Below are positions 11,979 to 25,500 of a stretch of 64,000 nucleotides of DNA, piece after piece. Numbering within the stretch: position 1 is the stretch's first letter; the number at the start of each line of letters is the position of its first letter. The translations under genes were made by a program, and so were the position numbers. The DNA lies in assembly GCA_000165425.1 (NCBI GenBank), contig CT868441.1:62001-126000 (forward strand). Reading direction: 5' to 3'. The notes beneath the pieces are model-generated. The model did no database searches, had not been told where the DNA came from, and was given only the letters and a program-made list of their open reading frames with translations. Source of the stretch: Paramecium tetraurelia. Its lineage: Eukaryota.

Positions 11979-12614
11979 TTCTAATTTTATTATTATATAT
12001 ATTATTAATTATCCATTGCATATGAATTAGAGGATAACCTCTATTAATTATTTAGTTAACTAATTTTAAGATAGATACAAAATACTAATTTAGTTTTATT
12101 ATAAGATAAAATTGTAATAATTTGTTATTCATTTATTTTACTTCTCTTTGTTCAATTTTAAGTATTTGATTGAAAATTATTTTACTTAATCCTGGGATAC
12201 TCAAATTTATGAATGCACAAAATAATTTATTCATCAAATTAAGATTCATACCAAATAAAAAGAAATTTAATCATTTTTATATTAGTCTATGATTTCTAAA
12301 AATTCAGTGTATATTTAATTAAATATTGATGAAGAATGCTATTAGTAAGTGATTTTGGAAAGTATTTTGATTATTTCAATTATATAACCAGTTTGAGTAT
12401 TTTATTTGTTTTCTTCAAACTTAAATATATTTAGTATCAAATTAAGATTCATAGATATAATTGTAGATTTAAACGTACTTTAAAGAAGGAAGATATCATT
12501 ACCTATTTAGATTGCGATTCTCTATCTCTATAAATTTCATCTAGCTTTTGAAAAATAGAAAAATACACAAAAAAGAATTCTAAGAATTACAATATTTATA
12601 ATTATTATCATTTA

Positions 12615-15600
12615 TCAATGTATTAATATCATAATCATTATGAGTAGAAGATAATGGATTCTTCCACAACTATAGGTTTAAGATGGACTGGTCTGTATTT
12701 AAGCATAAGATACATTAGAAACTTTGGCTAATGAACCTGTATCATCGTTGGAATAAAACCAATAAATCTTAGAATAATTATTAAATATATACCTTATATT
12801 TAAGATTTGGACTCAGATTAGTAAACCATACTTACTAAGTTTAATTTTAAATGGCACTGGAATAGTTGAAAAATAGAAGGAAACTTTGGTGTAAGGATCT
12901 TCCAAGGTAGTTTATTGATTTTCTAATTTAGGCTATGGATGGAATTTAAGCAGTGTCTGTTTATTCTATTCCTATTCCAACATATCCTTTGGCTTTAGAG
13001 AGTGTGAAATTCATAGTTGCATTGACAGACCCTACTTCTGGTTTGGTATAATTTAAGGTTGGTTTAGTTGATTGATCTGGTTCTGAATAGATTGCATCAG
13101 AAATGGTAGGATCTTCTTCTGGATCCAAACTCATTTTATTGGATAACAATGAGATAAATGATTTTTTATCACTCAAAGCCTTTTGCACAACATCATTAAT
13201 AGTTTCATCCATTAAAGATTAATCTGGTTGGAAATAGATGTAATAAGACGTTAAGACACCTGTCAATGTGCTTGCTATATCATTGGATGATAATGAAAGG
13301 ATTTCTAGAGTTTCTATGTTGCACATCTATCCTCTGGCATCAGTTATTCTATTGTAGTCGATGGTAAAGATATAATTGATTCCGCAAATCAATTCTAATT
13401 GTTGTATTGAAGTTAGTGGACTAGAGAATGTAATATTCAATTTAATTCCATTTCCGCCATTGAATCTTGTTTGCCAATTGTAAATAAGAGCCTCACTCGA
13501 AACACCAACTAGGTCAGCACAATAGGCTTGAATAGTGTAATCTGAGAATGACTTCAATCCACTAAAGTGTTCTTTGGCCACTCCATTGATCAATTGGAAT
13601 CCATAGATCTTCCATTCTAAATCGCTAACATTCCTCTGAGTCCTTGAGTAGCCTTAATAAATGGTTTGATTGAAAATTTCTTCCAAAGGTATGTATGTGA
13701 TGTCACCTCCGCATCCGAGGACCCAAAAGAGAGTTCCGATGTTATTGCATTTAAAGGCGAATTTGATGTCATTTTTATAGGCAATAGGTTGAGAATCGAA
13801 TTCTAAGACGGGAAAGTCTGCTGGAGATGCAATTATTTCGATGGTGATATTAGGAGGGGGGGAATAATAAGGTGCACTCACACCTGTTAAGATAAATGAT
13901 AGTTGAACTTTGGTTCCAACTTCCAGGACTGTATCATTATTATTCACTTACCAAATGTATTCATACTTATCAAAATATAACTTATATTGGCTTTTGCCTG
14001 AGTATATGATATTTTAGGGATTGTTGGAGATGACATTCAGAGCGGAATTATCATTGCCTAATTGTATACGCAGATCTGACATTGGGAAACAATTTTCCAC
14101 GTTAATTGTAATTGGTTAAGAGGTGCCTCCTTAAGGGATCTAATACAGAGTCTAGTCAGTGGTTAATTGGTAAGGTGAATTGACGATATTAGCATAAATG
14201 TTAGGCAATACACTGACATAATTGGATCCACCTGTTAATTTAGAGAATTTAAAGACTGAGTAGCCTATGGTGATGTTGGGATCGGCACCAGCAAGAAACT
14301 AAGAATTCTTAGAACCACTATTGGCTGAGAGGGAGGAGGGGAAGGTTTTCAGTATGCTTTTTTGGAATCCGAAGGTTTCTTGGAAACTCGATTGAGAGGT
14401 GGGTTGTATTGAAATTAAGGTGCGATAAGTGCCAATGAAGATATTAATGATTTTGGAGGTTTCATCTATGATGTTTAGATTTTCATCTCTTTCATATTTA
14501 AATTATCCACCTGACCATATCACGTCTTGTTTGTCTTCTTGGATCAAGGAGACAGGACTTGAGTAATAGAAGGCTGATGTGAATTTGACTTTCGTATTAC
14601 CACTCTAAATGATGTGTACTTTGAGTCTGTAATCATTGGTAGGGTCTTCTGGTACACTAGCTTCTGGCAATGGTATGTTGCCGATTTCGATTGTGTATTG
14701 CTTAATCAAATTGTTGGCACTGTCTTCAGATAAGATCATTTGGATGTATTGTTCAGTGATGACTGTGCAAGTGGTAGTGAAATTAGTTTTGGTATTATCA
14801 TCGTCTCTGGTGATTGAACAAGTGGTTGCAGTAGCTCTGCTTAAGGGATCCATATAGAAGGATGGGAATTAAACAAACAAGATATTGCCATTCATGACTG
14901 ATCCAGAAGGTAATAGCAATGATAGTTTGTGTGTTTGGGATGTTCTAATGTAATAACTACTTAAGGTTGTGTCCACTACTTCGATTGGTTGTGTTTGATA
15001 TTCATCCTATAAGGTGTCTGTGAGTATCTCTTGCATGTAAACCCCATTAGTGAAATCGTCATCCTTATCGATAGCAATATAGATTGAAGGGAGTATTGGC
15101 CAATGTAGTCTGTTTGGTTGTGGTAGAGTGATTCTTAGAATGGCTAATTCAGTTGGTTTTATAACGATGCAAACATTTATGATGTATATTCCATCCTTGA
15201 GAGTGCAGTAACAAAACGTTGAGTTTAATTGACATGAGACGTAGGGACTCAATGAAATTCCATCATGAAATTGCAATTTAATCATGTAAGTTAGCAGTAC
15301 CTTAAGGTCGGCATTGGTGATGGCAAATTCATAAATGGCATCAAATCCAGGACTATTTAAGGTCTTTGATTGCAATAGAATCTAACCTTTTGGAGTGTAT
15401 GTTATGGTACTCAATTGCGAGTATCCTATAGGTGAACTACTTTGAATGATGGTGGTTCCAACTGAGTCTATCAACTTGCCAATCAGAGATTCAGTTGAAA
15501 AGGTGTTCGTTGGAGTTTCAAAGTTTTTGCATTTCATCGTAAATAAGATGCTGTGTGGATTTGTGATGTCTTGATTGAATTTAATGATAATATTAGGCAT

Positions 15601-18600
15601 AGTGGTAGTATCAACAGAGTAAATTAATTTAGATAATTGGAGACCCTCATATATTTAACACTTCAATTTGTTGCTCTCCATATTCTGATCCCTCAGAAAT
15701 CCGAGTGTTATTTAGATGTATTATTTGGATGAGGATAAATACTCTCTGGCACTCTGTAACTTGAAATCAAAGATCAATTTGCCAACTCCATTTGAGGTTG
15801 GTGTCTCCAATCTGAGATTTCCAATATAAAAGATCTTACCCAATTGAGTGTTCTATAAATTCAATAAACTATAAGTGCACAATTCCTACAAAACAGCAGG
15901 TGTGTCATATGTGTCACCATAAGGTTATGTCTTACCTCCCCTTATGGTTGGCACATAAATCTACACTTTGAAGGGCTGATTGGTACCAAAGGATGTCAAC
16001 CCATAAGTAGATTAGATCATGAAGGTTAGTTTTATAACAGTATTGGCTTGAATAACCTAAACCACTGAACTAGTCAATGTCACAGTGATGGTTGTGGCTG
16101 TGGATGTGTATGCACAAGCTATGTTATTGACTCCTTCGATAGTGCATAAGTTTGTAGAGGTGACCACATTCACTCCACTTATTGCTAGAGTTAAAGTGAT
16201 GACAATCTTTATGGATCCAAAATTGGTGCCTCCTAATTTCATTGATGAGCTGAATCTGATTGGAAATTGGAGTCTCTGTTATCCCAAAGAGTTTGCGAAT
16301 ATTTAACTAGTGCTGTCCAATTTACAAGTGTACAATTATCTATCAATTACACCTGAATCTTAGAGAGCAGCTTATAGAATTCCCTTGGAATTGGATAAAG
16401 CATACGAAACAAATGAACCTATTTTGCTGTATCTACCATAAAGGATTACAACTTGATTGCTAATTTGAAGAGGGTAATTTATTTGAGTATCGAATGGACA
16501 GAATGTTGTGTATATATTAGTATTGTATACAAATTATGTGCATTACAGGTCACCAAAATAGGATTCGATGGTGGCCTCATCAAATAGATTCACATCAATA
16601 CTAGTCAGTGTCAATCCTGCTCCAATATGTGAATTTTAGTTTTATTCCAAATCCACATTGCTATTTGAACTAGTTGTAATTTCCATATCCAAATATGCTG
16701 ATCCATCCTAGAATTTGGTTGCATCTATGTGCATATCAAACAAAAAGGGGGTTCTCACAAATGGAAAGGTCAAATCCGATGATTCCACCGTAAAAACACT
16801 TGGGGTGTACTTTCTGGTTTCCCCTGAAACTGGCAACCCAAATGGACGATACACTTTTATTGGAATGTTGGTTAAGATTCCATCTATCTGACTTGTCAAT
16901 CCAATGTGAAGAGTGTAGGTCAACCCTTTAGGAATGATTGGAATCAAGATTTGATTGGACTTATCACATATGATAGATTAATGGAGCATCCATGCCTCTG
17001 ATGGGCCATTCTAGGCACTGAATTTATAACAATCTGGATAGGATGAGAATAACTGGATTTTTGAATCAAAAAACACTTGCACTTTATCGAATGACACACT
17101 CAATTAAGGTACTTTGATTCTTAATAGAGTCGGAATGAAAGAACCATCATTGCCTACTGTAGTACCCATATAATAATTCACAAAACTGACATGCAAATCA
17201 TTCACTCTACTTATTGTATAAGCATTAATCAAATGCTAACTAATCTTATTTTATCCAGACGAATCAACCTTGTAAAAGTTGACTATAAAGTCTAACAATT
17301 ATTCATCAGCATATTAAGATGACTGAACGAAATTAGTAGAGAAAGTAACAGGAATACCAATGACACCCTATTGCCCTGGAGTTGAACCAGAAGTTCCAAT
17401 GAAATTGTTATTCTCATTAATGAAATTGGTGACACATCCTCCCCCACTAATAAATGTAGCAATTCCATAAGCAGTATTTGAAGATGAGTATATTGAATAA
17501 GTATTTTGATTTCCAATATCACAATATCCTTTTTGAATACATATAAGCTATTCATCACTGAATACTCCACCACCATCATTAGCTATATATTATAATTTCT
17601 TGGGTGCATTCTGTTAATCACTATGCAAAACCATACTGTTCATCATTATTGTCATCTTAATATAATTGGCTGCTGTTGATGGACATGCGACAACAGTTGC
17701 ATCCCACACTTGAGTACTGGAGGTCTTCATGAAGAATAACAGCATTTTGTCCCCATTCACAATGCCAACAGTGCCATCACTACCGAAAACAGCATCGAGA
17801 GTGGTTAAAGTGTCAGTTGGGATAGAAGTGACCTGAGTCTATCCCAAAAGTCCTCCTGATGGATTATGCCATCCAGTCAAGTCCAAGTAATGACTGTCCT
17901 AGAGATAGGAGATGGTTATTCCAGGATTCTCTCCATATATATATAAAGTATTAACAGTCACACTCTATTCCAAGTAAAAACTCAACTTACCAAATTCCGA
18001 AGCACTTGAAGAAGCATCATACAACGCCTTAGTTGAAACGTAGTACACACTGGATGCAGAGAGTGTTCCCACATTGTGACAAAGGATTGAGTCTGTGACG
18101 AATTCACAATAGACAGGATTTTCATCATTGTACGATTGGAAATTGTGTTTGGTGGCATAACTTAAGGCATAGATACAATTGAATTTGATCTTGACTGTCA
18201 AGGGGAACACTAGATTTGCTGAAGCTGAGACTGAAAATGACACCTTGATTGAATTGTAAGGTCCTTTCATAACAGCTGCATTTTCCAGTTTAAACACTCC
18301 AATTTAGGTGTCAGTGAGGTCTTCTTGAGAATCGATGCCCCACAAAAACTGCACTCCTTCCAATTAGGTGGGTATGGTGGTTACACCGAAGACATTGGAT
18401 CTGAATCCCTTCTCTATGATTCTGTTTCCTTGAGTTGGAGACTTAGTCACCACTCGTATATCTCTTTGAGACACGAATCCAGGATTCTCTACTCCAAATT
18501 GTATTTGCAATTAAGTGTTTGAGATTATGTCGTCTTATGTGATTAATTTGATCGACTTCTCTGTGGTCGTGCAGGTGTAACTGGTAAACTTACTCCAACA

Positions 18601-19291
18601 TGATTTGGAGAGGATCTTGAAATCGGTATCATCGATTCCGTCGGTGTGTTGACCTTGGACGATCTGCAATTCAATCTAAGCTCCTTTGATATTCTCTCTT
18701 GGCGTGATGAAGATGGTTATCACGTATTGAGCTCCAGGGTCATCATAATTAGGATAGAGATCTTGATCTACTAGGAATGTGATGGTCATTCCTGAGGGAG
18801 GCAATTCGTCAACATTCAAGTGACCAGCTCTATAATTGTAATCATAAATCATTGCGTTATCATCCAAACTGCTTATAGTTCTTAGGATTATTGGTTCATA
18901 ATAAAACCCACTGTCTACTGATGTTGGATATATCGATAATAAATACCAAATGCCAGCATTCAATTGTACTGACACCTTAAAATAATAGTCTGATGTGAAC
19001 GACGGCTGAGTTATCAATGAAGCACTGCTTTTCAAAACTAAGACATCATCTAAGGTCGAAACGGTGCAAATAACTTCAGACATCTGAACCATTTATTACC
19101 ATTATTACCTGAGTCTTATGCAAATCAGCTCCTCCGAATTATAGAAAACCACTGTCAATCGTTGTTTCCAACCTAAACGGAATCGAGATCAGACTCAATT
19201 TCCCCTCGATATCATACTCGTAACCGAAATCCCAAGTGGAAATGTACCCTCCCTATACATAGTAAATTAAAAGCAATAAAGTATTAAGCAT
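12615..19291 (-). CDS. Giant (~2200 aa) secreted, probably GPI-anchored surface protein with Ig/FN3-like beta domains
   Basis: Signal peptide MLNTLLLLIYYVQG; about 6.6 kb nearly continuous table-6 frame rich in T/S/I/V beta strands; FN3-like GLKSFSDYTIQAYC; hydrophobic C-terminus SCGRIHYLLLIMIMILIH*. Confidence 0.8.
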
Positions 19292-19331
19292 TATAAAATT
19301 ATTAATGCAATAACAATTCAATCCTCATTTC

Positions 19332-22300
19332 TCAATTCATATAATTCCCCGATTGCATACTAAATGCAAAATTAGACTTCATGAATCGGTTAGTCAGGTT
19401 AAAATTGGTCACCTGAGGAGATCGCTTTACTTTTTGAAATTCACCATACCTCCTCAACTTGGCTCCTTTGGATATTGCCTCATGGAAAAAGGAATAAACT
19501 GAGAACTCAGGTAAAAGCCTCTTTTTACCAAAGAACTTTTGCAGTTTAGCATATCTACTCTATATCACATTCTTACCTCTTAAGGACTTAATCATAATTG
19601 TATTTTGGCTGAAAAGATTGAAAAATCTGCATTTTTTCAAATCCCAAAAGTACTTAGTTCACCCACATGGTACTTGAAGGGATGTTATTTTGAGTGAGAT
19701 TGGTAACTAGAGTTGGATGGCGCTGATTAATTGCTGGTCGTAGAGGTGATGATTCTAAAGATTTGGCGTTATTGCTTTGATTGGTTGGCTATTTGCTATT
19801 AATCTCAGATTAGTGAGGATTTCCCATCATTTTCAAATCTATGGAAGCCCTGTAATTTCGAGCATCAGTTGCAGTTCCCTTCTGTGTCATTACTGATCTT
19901 CTGGTCTACTTAACATTCATAATATTAGGCTTAGAAGGTGTAGTCTCCAATTGGTTCTTAGACTCGTCAGAGATGTCTTCCTCCTCCGATATCTTTAAGA
20001 CTAAAATATCTTCAATTCACATTAGTACTTTTCTTCTTCTAATTAGGCTTGTTTCCAAAGCCTGCTATTGAGAATGTTTATAGAGCTGACTTGCTTAAAT
20101 TATTCTTGAAGCTGATCATAGATTATTGTTGATGCTATTATTGATCATCCTCTTTGATGCTGGCTGCCGATGGTTTGATGTCATCAAGAGATGCTATGAT
20201 TTGGTCTAGTGATATCAACATGATTGGTTACTTTGTCCTATTTCCATATCTTCGAATATATCATGCATGACTAAAGTGGGAGAGTCAAAATCTTAAGTCA
20301 TTGTGAAACTAACATCATTAGTATATTTGGCAGCCTTGGTCTGAATCGTACTTAGATTGATTCTGGCATTATATTTCTGAGTGAATCTGTGTTGTCTATT
20401 TCTCCTCTCTTGTTGGATCGGAAAGGTCTCCTATTTAATTACTCTGTCCTTATCAACACAATAGTGCACATAGTTACAATCCACAATCATGTGTCGTTTA
20501 CTCTAACACCCGAAGCACTATTATTATAAGGGGCTGTAATCTCCAAAACGCAAGGATTCTCTTATAGAAACGTATTTCTCTTAATCATTAGGATGATGTT
20601 TTAGGAGTTCCAGAAAGACTTGTCTTTTTATTTTGAACACTCTAGTGAAACCTCTTGAGATAGCAGTTGCTGTTCTTGGGTTTCCTGAGAAAAACGAGAA
20701 TTCACCAAAACTATCATATTGGGTGTAATTCTTAAAGGTGTTTCGTTTTACCTTGTCTTTCATCTCTGCTCCTTCGAAGATCAACTCCACATCTCCTTTT
20801 GTGATTATATATAAGGCAGAGTCATCCAACTCATTTACCTAAAGGTTATTTCAGACTTGATACAGATATGATGCGTTCGTCTGGAGAATAGGATTGCTCC
20901 TCCATCAATTGTAAAAGATTCTTGATCAGGGACTCCGAGAAGGTGTCCACCATGATCTTACATTTCCTTAAGATATTGCCTCTTAATTGAAATTGCAATT
21001 CCTCTTATAATTGCTTACTTAGCTTACTGATCACATCACCCACTTGATCATCATTCTATTCCTACTCTTCCTTCCATATATATTCCAAATAGCTCCTTAT
21101 TTTAGTCTACAAATCAAACTCAATCTTGTTCTTAACCATAAACTTATTTATTAGACTCACCGTCTTGCTATATTCTTATGAATTTTTGTAGATGTTGGTA
21201 ACTAAGATACCGATGCTATTGACAGAGTAGGCAAAGACGATAGATCCAATGAACATAGTAAGATTATTAACCAACAATTCCAAATCATTCTTGGCTGTAA
21301 TGTCTCCATAGCCAACTGTAGTCATGGTCATTGTTGCCCAGTAGATGGCTACATTATACTTTGAACCTATCTGTCTATCCCTATAATTGTAGGCGTCCAG
21401 CCAAGTAAAGGAGGGGTTGAAATGGGCGATGCCATGCCACAGACACCCAAAGTTATGAACCACACTGACGATCACGAGGAGTACCTTCATCAAGTTCACG
21501 AGGTCATTCATTAATTCGCTCAGGTTAAAAAATCTTCATATCAATATATCTTTTAAATTACTCTTATAATTGGGCCAACATATTGTTGATTTTGGTCACT
21601 CTCAACACGTAGAAGATCAGACAAAAGCCTACCTACAACATCACCATTTCAAATGATTTTGAACTCAAATGGGGCACAAAAAACTAAATTGTTGCAGTTC
21701 CAAAAGACACCACGAAAATAATTTATGAATTTATACTAAGTCGACGAATGCATTCTTCTAAAAGTAATTCAATATTACTTTTTGCCTGTCCTTGATCAAT
21801 TGTCCTTTGTCGATGAATGCAATGTTCATCCCAACTGCTATGTCCAATGCCAAAATGGCCATCAAAATAATCTCAACAGTTAGACTGTCTTATTCAGTAT
21901 ATAATTAACTAAGATGATAAATTTCAAATGAGATCTTGAATGGCAGCCAGAAAAAAATCACCAAATACGTGATTATTTAAAATAGATTCCAAAATATTAG
22001 GAATTTGCTATGCGGTGTAAATACATTGATGAATCCAAATATCTATTAATTCTTGTTTACCTCCGTTTTTTCAATCGAGAATTGGAGATCATCCAATTGA
22101 GATATTTGATATTATGTCAATTAATGTAATTATCTTACGTACGAGCGATTGATTAGGTTTTTTATGAAATTATTTTATATGCTTTTCGCCACAATCAGCT
22201 TCATAAAATTCGGCTTCACATTGACAGGGCATTCAATCTCAATGCTGGCCGATAGCACATTCAATTTCTTATGCAGATTTGACTACGAACTAAGGAACAG

Positions 22301-22429
22301 CCGAGGGGATTGGGCATTCAAACTACTTGAACTTTAAGGTTGAAGATCTCCATCTTATAGGCCTATTCTACTGCTCAGAAGGAATGGAATTGGGCCCTTG
22401 AAATCGCCTTCGAGGGAGTGCTGAGACAT
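19332..22429 (-). CDS. 6TM K+ channel with cyclic-nucleotide-binding domain
   Basis: Pore YWATMTMTTVGYGDITA; canonical phosphate-binding cassette SFGEFSFFSGNPRTATAIS; short introns. Confidence 0.92.
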
Positions 22430-22527
22430 ATCAATTTAAAAATGGCAAATATATTAGAAAATTTATAGACAAATTGGAACTAGTTATAAAAAGAAATAAA
22501 TAACATTTAATGATAATATAAAAATAT

Positions 22528-25500
22528 ATGTTAATATTATTTTTGTTCACCTTATGTTATGCTGGTACGATTTGGCCAGGCTTTATTAGTAACACAATTG
22601 CAAATCGAAATCAGTATTCTGATTATACAATCTAAGTGATTCCTGAGACTAATGTTCCTGCAGGTGGTTATATTGAAATTGTATTCCCAATCCAATATTA
22701 ATCAGGATTGGGAGAGAAGGCCTATTGCACTAATTGCACTATAAGCGGACACACGATTTCCTTTTATTTTGCCGATACTCCGATTTTGAGTGTAGCCAAC
22801 ACACTCTACATATACAACATTCTAAATCCTGCAGAAAGAGGAGGAACTGGTAATTTTATAATCAGAACAAAAAGATTTGAATTCATATACGACGAAAACC
22901 TCATATTCCAAACCATCGGCATAGCTGATGACATCGCCTAATTGAGTTCATGCATTGTTTCATTTGTCGACTCCCCCACTTCGGGTAGTTTGGGTAAATA
23001 CAACTTCGCCTTCAAAACCAACATCAACTTGCCCTTGGGCACCACCATCCAACTATTCATCCCCAACGTATTCATAATCTCAGACAACCCCTCCTGTTCA
23101 CTCTACTCAATCAATGATCTTGTGATTGAGGGAAACGTCGTCTGCAAATTATTGGACGGGAGTCGAGTGCAAGTGAGTGGCTTTTCGAATGATATCACCT
23201 CAGGCAGTGAAGTGGGAATTCAAATATCACTCACTAACCCCTCCTACTCCTAAGTGACTTCAGCCTTCACCATCGCAGCTTACAGATATGGAACCTCCAT
23301 CATCTACACTTGGAAGACGGGCATCAATGGCATTCAGATATTGCCTGGTCTAATCAAAGACATATCCCTCTTGCCCTTGTAGAAAGTCAGACTGGCTACA
23401 GACAAAATAGTTGATTATCAATTGAAATTCCTCCCAACCAATTCATTGCCAGCAGGCTCAGCAATCATGATCAAATTCCCAAACACCTTTACATTAGAAA
23501 CAGGCGAACCCTACTTATTTTTCAAATCTGGTTTGGAAGACATTTCTGAGAGCAGTCCTTTGCAAATAACCGCTTTAGGTCTAGGCACTGACATTTTGAT
23601 ATCAAATTATAAGCCCACACTTCCAAATCAAATCATAATTTAATTCAGAGCGAGGAATCCCTCAACTGCAGGTCCCTCTTCTGCTTTGGACATTCGAACT
23701 TGCACTGATAACACCTGTGCTAACATCATTGATTAAAATAAAGTGGATGCCATAATCTAAGTGGAATTTGTGGGTATAAATGAAAATCAATTCTAGCTTC
23801 CCTTCCCTTTGCATAAGTAGCATTGTCTCCATCCACATCCCAACAAACTCCCACTGACATCACATTCACTATAATTCCTACATTTGTGATTCCTGGAGGA
23901 GCCTACATCAAAGTGCTCCTAGACTCTGCATTCTATGTAGGCACTGTTTCAGCAGCCAATTGCCTCTCCTCACTAATGATACCATCAATAATGTGCAATA
24001 AATCCGACAACCTCATCACATGGCAAAACCCAGCCTCCGTTCAATACAACGTCAATCTTGCACAAAACTTTTACATTAACAATTTAGTCCAAACTCCCAC
24101 CTACTCAGGAACCTACACTGTGGATATAGAAATATACAATTCATAGGGAACTTTACTCTAATCGTATACCAATTTTATGGTTGTGGGTCCTTAGGTTCTT
24201 GCATCTCCCACTTTGGAGTTCGTAGGTCCCGAACAATCAGTAGTTGGCACTCCGAATATACCTAGATACAGCATCTTGATAACGACATTCTACAATTAAA
24301 TAGTCATCCCAGAGGGTGGGTACGATTCAACCAAATAAAAAGCTCAAGGGAGAATTAAGTTTCAATTTCCAGCCAACTCGAACTATCTCAACAATTTTAT
24401 AGGCACTGTCTACAAGGATGGTGATTAAATACCTTGCAAGGCTGTAAAGGGCTTATTGCCAATGGAAAACCTGAAGATCTAATGCAATATCTATTATAAT
24501 GCTGGTGGAGCCTTCATTATCATGAGGAACTTTAAGGAAATCCCTTATCGGAGCAATATTGAAATCCATATACCTAATATTTAAAATCCTGCAGCTGCAA
24601 CTGCTGGGTTTACGTTCACTATTCTACAGAAGCAATTTGGAGTTGACACAGACTTAAACTATTTCACAATAACATAGACTTTCAGAACTCAATTTAGTTT
24701 AAATCCAGGAGTGTCAGTAAGTTAAATGCAAATAAGTAATACAAAACTATCAGGAGTGTTCAATGTCTCCATGGATATAGTGCCAGGTAATGATTTCGAT
24801 GATGGAACTGATTTCATAGTGAAATTGCCTGGCTATGATACTATGTTCATTCCTGATGAGGAGATTGTTGTTTGTTACATTGATAACTATTTGACTCCAT
24901 GCGTTACCTACCCTGGTGTTGATTGGATATTAATGAGAATCAAGTCACCTCAAGTTCATTACTACACAGCCCCAGTAAAACCAAAATTGCATATCTACAA
25001 TCTTAGATGGCCACGCTATTCTGACTCTGTTGGATGGGTTCTATGGACCATGTTGAAGGATCCTTTCAGTTCTGGCATGAATTACGAAGTTGAAGCCAGA
25101 ACCCTCTATTACAATGGAGGTACCGACAAATTTCCAGCTCCTGATGTTAACGATTTTGATGAAGCCTAGATTTTATCACCCAAAAAGGGAAAGGGATTTG
25201 TGGGTCTGAATTTCGAATTCTACTTTAAAACCAAATATTTGATTCCTGATGGAAGTGAGTTCATATTAACTTTTCCTATCGATTTTAGTTTGGATGGTTC
25301 TTATCCCTAACCACAATTCTAGGCTCCTTAATTTTATTCACAAAGCGACTCCAAACCATTATTATTCGTAGTATCTGGAAATGTACTTAGAGTCAAGAAC
25401 ATTCATGAACATCCTGCCAGTGGGCCTTTCAGAATCATAGTACAAGGAGTCAAGTCTAGTAAGCAGCCATCCATTCCCTAAGCTAAACCATTTCTGGCTG

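Noticed and set aside
12615..19291. Possible classical immobilisation surface antigen
   Set aside because: Lacks the periodic Cys-rich repeats of that family; composition is Ig/FN3-like instead
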